Virus record (IMG/VR): IMGVR_UViG_3300018878_000121
Span: 1 to 64,000 of that record
DNA length: 64,000 nucleotides
Source of the DNA: an uncultured virus (IMG/VR IMGVR_UViG_3300018878_000121)
Lineage: Duplodnaviria > Heunggongvirae > Uroviricota > Caudoviricetes
Reading direction: 5' to 3' (one strand)
The notes beneath the pieces were generated by a model. The model was not told the origin of the DNA and did not search any database. It saw nothing but the letters and a program-made list of their open reading frames with translations. Position numbers and translations under genes: made by a program. Within the stretch, counting starts at the first letter, position 1. Each line of letters opens with the position of its first letter. Of this stretch, positions 17,861 through 29,846 are shown in pieces.

Positions 17861-19045
17861 TTAGTTATTGGAAGGAGGAGTCATTACATTAACAGGAATA
17901 GGAGTCCGATTCATCATTGCGAACAAAGGAAGCATATCCTTCATATCATTCTTACCACTCATAAACGCATACATAAACATGGGATTATTCGTAAGATTGA
18001 AATTACTATTCATCATCATCAGAGGGAATACCTTTTCTACGCTTGCGTCATCATCCATCAGAAGGAAAGGAAGCATATTACCAAACGGATTGTCTGCGGT
18101 TGCGGTGTTATTAAGATTAAACAGCGAGACTACCTGCGTTACGAAATCAAAACCGAACGGCGAGCGCACAGGCAGAATCATCTTTTCCTCACCGTTGATT
18201 ACATCAATAACAAGCAGCTTCTTGTTATTTTCAACAGCTTCCTTAACAAACATGGGCTTCCGCTGATGAATAATTACTGCGCCAGGAATTACATCCTTAA
18301 TCGCAACCGGCATCTTCCACATCCACTTGCCGCCATCAAAATTCAGAATATCCACATCCACAATATCACCAGTCTGCTGGTTATAAGAAACCCAATTACC
18401 AGCAGCATTCTTTACGGCAAGACCATAGAGAGACATACGGACATTATCATTTTCGCAAGAACCAAAATCAAAATTAAAACCCTTCATCATTGTTTTATTC
18501 TCCTTATCATTTTCTTTATCAAGATTATAATTATCTACATCAAGTTTTGTCGCATAAAGATTATCAATGTCATCTTTAACTACATCAATACGTTTACTCA
18601 AACAATCAATTGATTCACTTAAAGATTGTGCGGAAGTTCTATAATTTAGCATTTCATCAGTAGTCATTTTCATGCAATAATCAGTTAATTCCCCAAGAGC
18701 ATTAACAGCTCCACCAGTTATATTAACTTTTTCAGGTTCAGGCATATCTAATTTTATAGTTTTAAAATATTGGTCAAATAAAAATTCACCAAATGAATTA
18801 TCATCAATCCTAAAATAATATTCGTCAAGAAAATTTTCTTCATGGACACAAATTTCAGGACCAAGTAATTCAATATAAATTAAACCTTCAAATTCTGATA
18901 AATTACGCCATTTATTATAACCCAATTTATCATACTTTTTATCTTTTACTTCTTTGTTAAAAAGAGTTAATACAACATTAACCCACTCATTATTTGAAAA
19001 ACATTCTATCTTATTCTTTTGTGCTACAATAGTTTCATTTGACAT
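17861..19045 (-). CDS. hypothetical protein, Met-rich C-terminus
   Basis: 394-aa ORF followed by hairpin 17826-17856. Confidence 0.8.
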   Translation of the reverse strand: MSNETIVAQKNKIECFSNNEWVNVVLTLFNKEVKDKKYDKLGYNKWRNLSEFEGLIYIELLGPEICVHEENFLDEYYFRIDDNSFGEFLFDQYFKTIKLDMPEPEKVNITGGAVNALGELTDYCMKMTTDEMLNYRTSAQSLSESIDCLSKRIDVVKDDIDNLYATKLDVDNYNLDKENDKENKTMMKGFNFDFGSCENDNVRMSLYGLAVKNAAGNWVSYNQQTGDIVDVDILNFDGGKWMWKMPVAIKDVIPGAVIIHQRKPMFVKEAVENNKKLLVIDVINGEEKMILPVRSPFGFDFVTQVVSLFNLNNTATADNPFGNMLPFLLMDDDASVEKVFPLMMMNSNFNLTNNPMFMYAFMSGKNDMKDMLPLFAMMNRTPIPVNVMTPPSNN

Positions 19046-19201
19046 CGCTTACTTACTTCCTCTCTAATATAGTCCAATTCAGCAGGAGAAAAATCTTCTA
19101 TAATACTATAAGTACCATTTTCAATTATCTGCTGAACGACCATATCTAATTTTTCTTTTCTATCCATCAAAAAAAGAGGCAAATATAAATTATCAAACAT
19201 A

Positions 19202-19471
19202 TTATTTAGTTATATCAACGAGAATAAAATCTCTATCATAAAATGTATCTTCAAGAAAATTATAAATTATACGTCTTTGTTCATTATCATAATTTTCCGT
19301 ATAAAGACTTGTAATTGTGTTTTCATCAAACCATAACTGTTTATAAGGTGCTCTTGGGTCATCAAGATGGAAATCAAACAATTTACAAATATCTACTTCA
19401 AGATTACACTGAATTTTTAATTCTTTTTCAAGCGTACTCAAATTGACTACAAATTCAGTATGATATTCCAT
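19202..19471 (-). CDS. hypothetical protein
   Basis: Promoter + GAGGAG RBS. Confidence 0.7.
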   Translation of the reverse strand: MEYHTEFVVNLSTLEKELKIQCNLEVDICKLFDFHLDDPRAPYKQLWFDENTITSLYTENYDNEQRRIIYNFLEDTFYDRDFILVDITK

Positions 19472-19535
19472 ATTTTATTTTCTCCTCTTTTGATTTTCTA
19501 TATATATTATATCATATTTTTTATAAAAAATCAAA

Positions 19536-20276
19536 TTAAGATTTTATTTCAGAACATCTTGTAAGAATTGTCTGCGGCTTTCCTTTATAGGTAGAATGCG
19601 CTTTTACTGTTCCGCGGATTTTTCTAATTGTACCCGGTTCCCAGCTCTTCGCATTAGTCATCCAAGTATATTGATTGCCGCAAGCATCTTCAAAAGTATG
19701 TAATGTACCCACACCATAACTGTTTTCAAGTTTAATAGCACTAATTACAGTAAGAGTAAGGTCTAATCTTTCTCCAATAGAACCAACATGTGAGGATGAA
19801 TTGTCTGCGGGGTAGCGTGCCGCATCTACTGCCGCAATTACTTTGTCTTCTGGCTTTAATTTTCCATCATCATTACCAACTTCTTCCCATTTTAATTTAA
19901 TGACATTAACTTCTGTTGGAAGATTATCGGGGAGAGTTTCAGTGCCCGGAAAATACCACCCCCAAAAACGGGTACATCTGCGGCAATACATACGAAACCA
20001 ATCAAAAAGCTCATCTTCCTCATTAATATCTTTATCAAAGATATAGATAAATCCATTCGCAAATCCAAGAACATCTTTTTGCGGTTTGTAATAAATATCA
20101 TGAACTTTTACAGTTTCTTTCTCTTCTGGATAAAGTTTATAATATTCATCTTCTGAATACCAGCGCACTTGTCGTTCGGTCTTTGTTTTAGGATTGCGCA
20201 CGCGCACATACATCTTTTTACTGATTTCATAAGGTTCGCATAAAATTTCAAAATCTTTAAAACTTTTAGCCACCAT
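19536..20276 (-). CDS. hypothetical protein, possible C-terminal OB-fold
   Basis: HVGSIGERLDLTLTV...IRGTVKAH..YKG..QTILTR. Confidence 0.65.
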   Translation of the reverse strand: MVAKSFKDFEILCEPYEISKKMYVRVRNPKTKTERQVRWYSEDEYYKLYPEEKETVKVHDIYYKPQKDVLGFANGFIYIFDKDINEEDELFDWFRMYCRRCTRFWGWYFPGTETLPDNLPTEVNVIKLKWEEVGNDDGKLKPEDKVIAAVDAARYPADNSSSHVGSIGERLDLTLTVISAIKLENSYGVGTLHTFEDACGNQYTWMTNAKSWEPGTIRKIRGTVKAHSTYKGKPQTILTRCSEIKS

Positions 20277-22329
20277 TAAAAGATATCATCTCCCTTTGCT
20301 TCTTCTACTTTATCGGTAATGCTGGTGAAATTAAGATTATTCAGACAAACAGTTAAATGAACGCCATAATCATGATTGTATCCATTAACATAGAATTTAG
20401 TATCAGGAAATTCATTAAAAAGTGTAGATACTGCGCAATGAATTTCATAATAAAGCTGTTCTTTGCGTGCATCTTCACGAGATTCTAATTCATTCTGAAG
20501 AGCATCAATCATAACCTTTAAGTCTTCAGACTTATATTCAGCGATATTATTAAGGTTAATAGTATTCATATTATTCTCCTTTTTAATAATCAGTAAATTT
20601 AAATCTCATTAAATAGAAATTAAATTCAACATTTCCTTTAAAAATTCTATAAAAATCTTCTTTTAAATCTTTTTCATCTTCTGTAGATAAATTGGTATAA
20701 TTGCTCCAAGAAATTATATCATATTTATAGCTACATTCAAGTAAAATGCCGAAGAATACAGTACCATCATACATTTCATAACAAAATCTTTTACACGCAC
20801 GCATTTCTCGTTGTGTTTCAAGGCTTAATGATTCTATATCTTCAGCAGTAAAAATATATCCATATCCGATTCTTGCGTCTACATCATAAGTATTCATATT
20901 ATTTTCCTTTAGGCGCGCACAAGCCGCACAATATCATATTCTACATCGTAAGCAATTACAAGTCCAGTAGCATTGATACAGTTATCACCAGCTTTGAGAT
21001 ATACAATATCTTTAGCAATAGACATATGCGCGCACTCTTCTTCGCCCATAAATGACGAATGGATAATTGATTTTACGAACGCTACAGCAGACTCATAGTC
21101 ATCAAATTCAAGAATGGAATCACCCCATCGTAAAAGGTGGAAATTACTTGTATAAATATGCCATTTACGCATTTTTATCATTTCCTTTCTTTATTTTTCT
21201 ATAAATATTATATCATATTTTTTTATAAAAATCAAAAATCCCTCATACTTTCTTGTATGAGGGATTAATATTTAGATATCGGTCCATACGTCAAAGAACA
21301 TGAATGCTATAAGGATAGCCGCCACAACAGACATAGTTATGCCTCCGCAAATTAATCAAGTCCAATAGGCTTAATATCAAGAACACGTTCGGGGATAATA
21401 GAAAAGAAACCATACATTTTGCGTCTAGCCTGATAATCACACAGTTTTTTATTTGCGGATATTACATCTGCGACATTGTAAATGTCGGGGTACCAGTTAT
21501 CATTTTCCTGAATATTATGATATACTTCTTGCTGTAATTCAAAACTGGTTTCAAATAGATTATAATCAATACTGGTATCTGCCACACTAACAAGCGCAAT
21601 TACACCTGCCGCAGTTAAAATAAGACCAACTATCATGACAATATATTCCCCTTTAAAATCATTTTTAAAGCTGATTACAAGTAAAAAAATGCCAATTATA
21701 AGTCCAATAAAACCAAAAAGAAACCAAAAAGTCATTTATATTATCTCCTTTAATTGATTTTAAATAAATTTTATGTTATAATTATATTACTTAAATTAGA
21801 AAGGAATTTTTATGATTATATTTTTTCTACATGGTATTGTATTGTGGAGTATATTACTTCTCTGTAATAATTATCCACATCCTCATCAGTTATTTCTTCT
21901 TCGCCTGAATGAATTAATTCCTCACGACACTCTTCCCAAGATAGATAACCGTTGCCGCCGCAATTACTTTCATAATCCTCAATGGCTCGTTTCTCCGCGT
22001 AATCAAGTGCGGCGGCCGGTGTCTCAAATTCCAATTCCTCTTGGAATTCTGCCTAATGAGTTCCCGCATAATAGATGTTAAATTTACTCATTTAATTTCC
22101 TCGCTACTATTGGTTCAATATAAATATCTTTTTCCTCTAAGATTTGAATTAATTTTTGTAAATCTTCTTTGCCCATATTATATTCTGAAGTTTTTCCACT
22201 CCTATAATAGAATGTTACTGTAGGTCTTTTCTTACTATCACAAGCATTACTGATATTAACTTGTTCTACAAAATTAAGATTAATATAATCTACGCGGTCA
22301 GAAATTACAAGTTTAAAAAAATTATTCAT
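20276..22329 (-). CDS. Cluster of short hypothetical genes (20276-20569, 20583-20897, 20909-21181, 21352-21735 membrane, 21816-22034, 22084-22329)
   Basis: Co-directional ORFs, most with GGAG-type RBS. Confidence 0.65.
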
Positions 22330-22663
22330 TTTCTATTATCTCCTGTTTTACACAATCACGAATAATACGTTTGCTTAAAGAAGGGTCTTTCTTCCATAAG
22401 TCAGACCACGCAATCCAATCGTATTGATTGGTTACGATGCCGGTAATATCATAAATTTCATTATCAATTTTTGTGGCGAAATGATTTTCTACTTCGTCAT
22501 ACATAATTTCACATTGGACATTTGGTTCGGCAGAGAAACGTCCATGGAGAATATAAGCGAACCAGAAGCAATTGCCGCAAGTGAAGCATTCAATTACTTG
22601 TTTGCGGTCGCCAGCCTATGTGAAATGGTCAATGAAGTCTAAGACACGATTGGGGTCAATCAT
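22322..22663 (-). CDS. hypothetical protein (one in-frame TAG)
   Basis: MIDPNRVLDFIDHFT*AGDR..CGNCFWFA..YDITG in one frame. Confidence 0.7.
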
Positions 22664-23123
22664 TAGTTTCTTCCTCCTGGATAATAGATTTGTGGTTCTC
22701 ACATGAATTTAATTGTCTACGGCAACCATTTTCTTTATCGTAACAAGGACAACCTTTTTCACAGGTAATTTGGATGCGCAACGGGTTTTTTACTTGTTGT
22801 TGAATTACCATGTTTCCCTGACGGATTTGTTGTTGAATTACTTTCAGCACTGGAGATGGGTCGCTTTCAAAAAGACAAGTTGAAGAATTGCGGCAACCAG
22901 CGCAAGTAGATAAGGCTAGTCGGCATTCATCACAGATTGCGCCTCCAGGAGTTAGGAAAATTGGTAAAGTTAAAATGCGGTGACATTGCGCGCAGGTGAA
23001 AGGTTCGGCATTATGCCGAGAACAATAATCAATTTCTGGGTTTATCTAATGCCCGAGCAACTGACATACAGGTTGCTAGGGGTCTCGGAAACCGCAAGTT
23101 TTACAATATTTAATTTCTTTCAT
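22656..23123 (-). CDS. Cys-rich putative Zn-binding protein (two in-frame TAG)
   Basis: MKEIKYCKTCG...; same frame as the listed 22656-22850 ORF. Confidence 0.65.
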
Positions 23124-23135
23124 ATTACGATACTT

Positions 23136-23551
23136 TTATTCAATTACAACTTTAGCTATTACAGATTCTACAATTTCTCCAGTTTGAAAATGTCTTAATT
23201 CGCCGGTTTTAATATTTACAGCATTGGGTTCTTCACAATTAATTTTCATAAAACATTCATCGCCGCATCTAAAAACACTTCCGCAACGAACTCTATATAC
23301 AGTCGTCATAGGTTTTGTATTATTATAAACAATATTCATTATTTAACTACTACCTCCACATCTACTTTTTCTACTGCTTCATAAGTATTAATCCATAATG
23401 TATGGCCACTCTCAAGAGAAACTGCGTCGCCCGAATTTGAGCCTAACTTATATAATTTTAGATAAAGATTACCATGATAGAGGAAAGCATCTCCGGGGTT
23501 AAGTTCATTAAAAGACATGACGAAATATTTTTGACTATAAGTAATTTTCAT
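23136..23551 (-). CDS. Two tandem small paralogous genes (third paralog 32093-32329)
   Basis: Shared G..F......[ML]K....[ND]AV....G pattern. Confidence 0.65.
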
Positions 23552-23632
23552 TATTTTATCTCCTTTTTTTATTTTGTATATATATTATATCATATTTTTT
23601 TATAAATGTCAATAGAGTTATTGTTAATTAGA

Positions 23633-24625
23633 AAAGGGTAAAATTTAATAGTTAGTAAAATTTTAGGTAATTTTTCATAGTTAGTAAGTAATATTTTTAT
23701 TAATTTTTTAATAGAAATATTATTAGAATATTACTTTTAAAAAAGGTAAAATTACCTAAAAATATTGGACAAAAAAGGTAAAATATAAATAAATGAAATT
23801 GAAATAATTGTGCGACTAGAAAGGTAATTTTTCATAGTTAGTAAAATTTAGATTGGAGGTTTCCTTGTGGTAAAATCAAAAGATTAGATTGAAAAAAGGT
23901 TTCCTGCGGATACTACATTAGATTATGAAACTTTTTTAAATACAAATACATTAGATGGTGAATTGTATGGATTGTTATAGTCTATTTCAATAGCAGAAAA
24001 AGTTTGTAAAAAAGATGATAAGGGTGTGGCTTATGAAGTATATGAAACAGTAGTAAAGAAATCAATTATTCCAAAACAAATAGATATGTGTGAAAAATTA
24101 AAAATTAAAAGTCCAAAAACATTAAGAGCGCATTTGAAGTCATTAAAAGATTAGGGGTATTTAGTGGAAAAAGAGAATGGAGATTATTATTTGCCAGTAA
24201 AAGAAAATATTTATTTAGATATTCCTTTAGCAACTTTAGAATATTTATAGGATAACTGTCGGGAACATATTATTAAAATTTATATTTATTTAGTTTAGAA
24301 ATATAAATATAAAGAAGATTAGAATAAAAGATTAAAATAGTAGGAAAATTATATTTTTACTTTGAATGAAATAGCAGAACATATAGGTATATATATAAAA
24401 AATAATTAGAGAGCTTATGATATAATTAATCACGCTTTAGAATTATTATATAATTCAAAATTAATTGACTATGAAACCATTTATATTAATAAAGTACCAA
24501 AGAAAAAATTATTAAATGTATCTTTAGTATATAATAGTAAAAAGAAATAAAAGGGTAATTTTTAATAGTTAGTGAGGGCAATTTTTAATAGTTAGTAAAA
24601 AGGAAAAAAGGGTAATTTTTCATAT
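23633..24625 (+). repeat. Iteron-like direct repeats GGTAATTTTT(C/A)ATAGTTAGT flanking the wHTH gene
   Basis: Copies near 23637, 23666, 23823, 24554, 24577 and a partial copy near 24611. Confidence 0.8.
23867..24550 (+). CDS. Winged-helix protein, candidate replication initiator (TAG read-through)
   Basis: GGAGG RBS, GTG start; QIDMCEKLKIKSPKTLRAHLKSLKD*GYL HTH; interrupted by TAG. Confidence 0.65.
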
Positions 24626-24665
24626 TATATCTAAATAATACTAAAAACTAAATAATTAACAAAGC

Positions 24666-24704
24666 GAAATTTATGTTCCAGCTATCGCTTGGAACATAAA
24701 TTTC
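24666..24704. repeat. Perfect 15-bp inverted repeat
   Basis: gaaatttatgttcca-gctatcgct-tggaacataaatttc. Confidence 0.85.
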
Positions 24705-24766
24705 TTATAGAAAATTTTTTTCTGTTGATAGGGGCGGAAAACTGAAGTGAAAAAGGAGAATTCAAA

Positions 24767-25598
24767 ATGGAAGTCGGTTTTGTAAAATTAAGTGAAAATG
24801 ATTATCATTCAGGTTTATCAGAGGTTGCGAAGCAGCCTCATAGAAAAGTAAAAGAATTGTATATAGATGAAACAACTGGAAAAATTTTCTTTGTTTTAGA
24901 AAATAAAAGAAGAGTTGATAAAGATAAAAAAATATGCTATAATATATTTGAAAATAAAAATGAAAGAGAGGATAATCCTTTTTTATAGGGTATGAATTTT
25001 AATTTTGATGATGCGGATTCTATTTTATAGAATGTATTTGAAAAATGAAATGAAAAAGGGACCCTTTCAGAAAGGTGAATTGAAAACTCATGAGGCATTG
25101 TGGTACGTATGGTTATAAAAATGTTTATTTAATTGATAGAGATAATTATTTTTTGAATGAGAAGAATAAGGATAAAGAGAATTATTTTATTATTGAAGAT
25201 GATGATAGGTGGTTAGTTTTTAAAGGTAAAGTTGTTGGTAGAGTAGGATTAGATATGAAAGTTAAAGAGTTTGGGAGCAATAAATGTTGGGTATATGAAA
25301 AGTTAAAGAAAGAGAAAGAAAAGGAAAAAGATAATTATTTTAGTCAATATAGTACGGTAGTTGATAAGTTTTTTGCGGAATTGAAAGAGGTTAAGTTATG
25401 ATAGGGGTCGCGGCAGGTGTAGTAGTTGGCTTGGTGCTAGGCGCAGTTGTTAGGTATGTGTTGAAAAGAGTTTCTTTTTCTTCTGCTCTTGGATGTTGGT
25501 TGTTGAGAGGGTTTGAGGCGGAGGAGAGGAAGAGGTTTAAGGAGATTGGCAAGGAGAGAAGGAAGTTGTTGCGGCAGGGAGTTATTTGGGTGTTGTGA
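24767..25598 (+). CDS. Short plus-strand hypothetical genes (24767-, 25090-25401, 25398-25598)
   Basis: RBS-preceded ORFs, strongly C-depleted strand. Confidence 0.5.
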
Positions 25599-25975
25599 TA
25601 GTAGGTAGGTAACAATATAGATAATAGGTAGTAGGTAGTAAGTAATAGGTTGATAATGGATAACAACTGTATAGATAATAGATAATAATTATATAGATAA
25701 TAATAAGTAAATAAAGTAATAAGTAATAAAAATTGCGAAAATTGGAGAGGTGTCGTGCCGTTCGGCTCCACTAGACACTCATCACTTTTCCCTCGTCATC
25801 GTCATCCCTCATCCTTTCTTAATAAAAAATAAAGAGAGACATTTTCTTGTGTCTCTCTTTTTCTCATTTTATAGTTCAATTTGCCAATTTTCGCAATCTG
25901 TAGCCCTCTCAAAACATTTTTACGAACATCTTTTCACATCAAATAAAAAAGCCACGAAAATCGTGGCTTAAAATA

Positions 25976-26422
25976 TTAAATACCATTGTTCTTAAAGAAA
26001 GTATCAAAAACATTATCCAAATTAGACTTATCAGTCTTAATTGAGAGGGTAGCATTGCCAGGCTTCAGCATATGAGCAAAATTACCAAACATAGAGAATG
26101 CTTCGCGCATTTCCGCAACAGTTTCATCAACCAAATCAACAAGGTCTTCTGCGGTGATATCAATATCCTTATACTGGGCGGCAAGGTTGGGGTACCAGCG
26201 CTTAATGTAGGCTGCGATAGCATCCTTCATCTTGCCCATGTCCGCAATCTTATCTGCCCTCTCCTGGACCTTCTTTCTAGCCTCTTCTTCCTTAGCCTCT
26301 GCTCTCTTGGCTTCGTCAATCTTTTTTGCCTCGTTCAGTGCGGCGGTGAATTCCTTGGCAATATCATCTACAGATTTGCCCTCCTGAATCATCTTAAGAA
26401 TGTCATTAGAATTGTAATTCAT
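25976..26422 (-). CDS. hypothetical coiled-coil protein
   Basis: Promoter + GGAG RBS. Confidence 0.8.
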   Translation of the reverse strand: MNYNSNDILKMIQEGKSVDDIAKEFTAALNEAKKIDEAKRAEAKEEEARKKVQERADKIADMGKMKDAIAAYIKRWYPNLAAQYKDIDITAEDLVDLVDETVAEMREAFSMFGNFAHMLKPGNATLSIKTDKSNLDNVFDTFFKNNGI

Positions 26423-27401
26423 AATTTTATCTCCTTTTTTTATTTTGTATATATATTATATCATAAATTTTTAAAAAAGTCAAATTTCGGCATTTTAAGC
26501 CACGCAAAAAAATTTTTGAGTAAATGTGAGGGAGAGGGTCTTTATTTAAGCCGTAGCTCTCAATAGATAAGCACTGGCGTATCTCTGGAGAAATCGCGCG
26601 TTCATAAAAATTTTACAAAAATTTTTACAAAAATTTTACAATTCCGGTCGGCTGGCTGGGGTACTAGAATTATAGGAAAATGCGCATATAGGCTGAGGGT
26701 CGCTAGAAGTAGCAAAAAATTCGCATATGGGGGTCCGAACGGGAACTCGGTCCGCAGCGCCCGCGCCCGGACCGCTTGACAGGTGTAGAATATGGGAAAA
26801 TCTGGCTGGACTGGAAAATCCTGGAAATCGCCGCAAAATTTTGTAAATATGGTAAAAAATGGAAATCCCGCCCTGCGCGAGCGCAATCGGGCGGCGCAAA
26901 TGTGAACAAATCTATCATAATTTGTAAACAAATTATTTTTGTATAAAATAACGAAAAAGAAGTGGTCATTTGACCACTTCTTCAATAAATGAACCAAGGC
27001 AATTAACAATGGTTGTTAAATTGATATATTCATTCAAATCATCAGAATAATAATCGTCATCACCAAAAATGTTGTCATTGTTAATTTTTTCCAAAATAGC
27101 AAAAGCTGTTCGTAACTGCTCTTTAGCGCCCTGTCTTTGATGTGATTTAATAGCACTTTCAACGTTAGCAAGCTTCTGTTTCAAAGCATTGTATTCGTTC
27201 ATTAAATCAAGTAAAGTTTCTTCATTCGGCTTCATCTTCATCATCCTCCTCATCTTCTTCTTCTTCGTACTCTTCTTCCTGCTCACAAGGTGCCCAACCT
27301 TCCGGGCCTTCAAAGTGGCAATGGGCGTATTTCTCGCACTCTTCTTTCCAACAGTAGCCGCATTCTTTACAAGTCATTTTCTTTACCTCCATGAAGGGCG
27401 A

Positions 27402-27809
27402 TTACTCGCCCTTCCCCGCAAACAGTTGAAACATTTTCATCATTTCAGTAAGCCTGTTGAATTCTTCGTGCCAGTTTTCCCAAGTGTCAGAATTACGATT
27501 GAAATAAATCAACGTGGTATCAGTATCTTTGAAAACATGGCTAAGAGCAGGTAATTCACCATCAAAAATAAAATCATCCAGCTCCATATAACTTCCATCT
27601 TCGTAATTATCTTCTTTTACAAGAATATAATATACATCATCGGATTCAAAATGCTCGTCATTAGTGTCAAGAAGATGTCCATTGATATCATAACAGGAGA
27701 AAGGTTCAAACACCTGCTTAATGTGGAGTTCTTCTTCATACTGTACGCAGTCAAATTCATCTTCAAACTGCGTGCCATCTTCTGCGATAAAATACATTAC
27801 TTTTTCCAT
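27402..27809 (-). CDS. hypothetical acidic protein
   Basis: Promoter + RBS; YIAxDGTxFEDExDC-type N-terminus. Confidence 0.75.
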   Translation of the reverse strand: MEKVMYFIAEDGTQFEDEFDCVQYEEELHIKQVFEPFSCYDINGHLLDTNDEHFESDDVYYILVKEDNYEDGSYMELDDFIFDGELPALSHVFKDTDTTLIYFNRNSDTWENWHEEFNRLTEMMKMFQLFAGKGE

Positions 27810-28599
27810 TTTATTTTACTCTCTTTCTCCCCCCCTCTCTGGGGGGTACTATTATTATACCATACTTTGCGCGATTTGTCAAGGGGTTTTATAAAAGTTT
27901 TTCAAGTTTTTTTGTGTATGCTTCATAGTTTGCTTCAAGGAACAAATATTCAATACCAAGATACTGGCACAGAGTAGTCGCTCCAAGCATTCGCTGTTTT
28001 GCGTTATCTACGATTTCAAGGGGCGTGTAAAGATTGCGTTCAAGCGCTCTTTCTGCGTCTTTTACTTCCTGCTCAAAGTATTCAATCAACTTTTCGCTGA
28101 TTACAAGTGTATTCATTTTATTTATTCCTCCATGCGTCTTTAGAATGTTCTTCAATGCGTCCATCTGCGCGATACCATTTAATGTAAGTGAAGTAAGTAG
28201 TTTCAAATACAATGCCATCAACCGCAGGAAGGGCAGACTTGATACAGAAATTTTTTCCTTTATGTACTTTTACTCTTGCGGTAGCTTCTAAAAGGTCGCT
28301 CATCCACATATCCATTTTATTTGCTCTCTTTCTGTTGGTTCTTTACTGTATATATATTATATCATATTTTTATAAAAATGTCAATAGATATTCTTGTTTA
28401 TTTACAAAATGTTCATAATTGCGGGATTTGTGCGGTTTGTACAAAAATGTTAAAAAAATTTCTGAAAATTTGTATAGATTACCACTTGACAAAATAACGC
28501 CCGTGGCCTCCGGTCGCGGGCGTTTGAACAAATCAAGTATATTTTGTAAATAAATTATGAACACAGCATTTTCGTCATTATGCACAAAAGAAAATCCCT

Positions 28600-28947
28600 C
28601 TACATCAGTAGAGGGATTGTATAAGTTTTGCGGATGGTAATTTCTACCTGTGGTGGAATTTCATGGAGAACAAAGCGGTCGTTCCGCACATATTCACCAA
28701 TTCCCATTTCCTGCCACTTTTGGCGGTTTCTGTCCTCAAAACGCAGAGTATTATATTTTGAAAGGGGCAGCTTCCATAAATAGGTAAATTTGCCATCTGG
28801 CGGCATTGTGTGTTCAGGGCTTTTCCTATAATTGCGCGTGTGCTCTGCCTGTCTGCGCTTTAGGTCGTTAGTTGTTCCAATCTTTAGAACAAAATTTTTG
28901 TCGGTATCGTGGTAAAAACCCACATAAAGAAACTCTTTTTCTGCCAT
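28600..28947 (-). CDS. GIY-YIG-like nuclease
   Basis: FLYV...LKIGTTNDLKRRQAEH; ends at TAG within a hairpin. Confidence 0.65.
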   Translation of the reverse strand: MAEKEFLYVGFYHDTDKNFVLKIGTTNDLKRRQAEHTRNYRKSPEHTMPPDGKFTYLWKLPLSKYNTLRFEDRNRQKWQEMGIGEYVRNDRFVLHEIPPQVEITIRKTYTIPLLM

Positions 28948-29004
28948 TTTTGCATCTTTTTGACTAAAATTTAAGTGAAAAGTGGGAAAAATTCCCACTT
29001 TTCT

Positions 29005-29421
29005 TTACTTTTTGGGCTTTCGCTTCTGAACAAGCGTCAATTCAAAGGCATCTTCACCAATTTTGAACGCAATTTGCCGTTCTTTGTTGGTAATTTCCAC
29101 ATCTTCGGTCGCAAACTGACTGTTTTTTGTCAAAAACTCCGCCAATTCTGCGATTATTCCGCCCTTTGTGGGATTTGCCTTGCGCTCACGCTGGGAGAAA
29201 TTGTAAACAGTAGGCTTGCGGTCGCGGCAGTTAGCCATACGCATCGCTTCCTTCTCTGTCTCCTTGTCAAGGTCGTACGCCAGCCTGTCATTAGCGGAAG
29301 CCTTCTCAACTTCCTTGTCATAGGACAAAACCTCAAGAGCTTCTTCTTCGGTACAGCGCAAGCCCTCTTGAATTCGCTTGACTTGCGCTTTGTCGGCTCG
29401 GGTCAGTTCCATCTTCATCAC
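29005..29421 (-). CDS. hypothetical protein (paralog of 33170-33526)
   Basis: Shared ERK...K...I....I.N.ER...F....F.LTL...RK. Confidence 0.75.
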   Translation of the reverse strand: MMKMELTRADKAQVKRIQEGLRCTEEEALEVLSYDKEVEKASANDRLAYDLDKETEKEAMRMANCRDRKPTVYNFSQRERKANPTKGGIIAELAEFLTKNSQFATEDVEITNKERQIAFKIGEDAFELTLVQKRKPKK

Positions 29422-29447
29422 CTCTTTTGGTTAGGCGTGGCAGAGGA

Positions 29448-29846
29448 TTAAACCTCTGCCAGCTTGAAGTAGGAAACGCGCTTTTCAATCACCTTTTCCA
29501 TCTTGCCATCTTCTACCAGCTGACGGACAAGCGCAGTGATTCTCTGCTGGGACAGTCCAGCGCATTCGGGAACATTCTTGATGAAGTCAGTAACGGTGTG
29601 CTGACCGCCATCATTTGCGAGGTAGTCAAGCATTGCCTGCTTCAGCGCATCGTTTGCTTCCTTCTTTTCCATCTGCTTGCCAGACGGCTTAGCGTTCTTA
29701 CGAGCCAGTAGGTCAAGCTCATTTTCAATGAATTCAACGAGCGTGGGGTTAGATGCTACAGAGGGGATAGCGAGGAGGGCGTTGAAGTGGTCACGCTTGG
29801 TGAGCTTCTTTGCGGTAGCGTTGAGAGTAGAATTAGTGTTAGCCAT
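29448..29846 (-). CDS. Putative winged-helix DNA-binding protein
   Basis: Highly similar to 33558-33947. Confidence 0.75.
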   Translation of the reverse strand: MANTNSTLNATAKKLTKRDHFNALLAIPSVASNPTLVEFIENELDLLARKNAKPSGKQMEKKEANDALKQAMLDYLANDGGQHTVTDFIKNVPECAGLSQQRITALVRQLVEDGKMEKVIEKRVSYFKLAEV

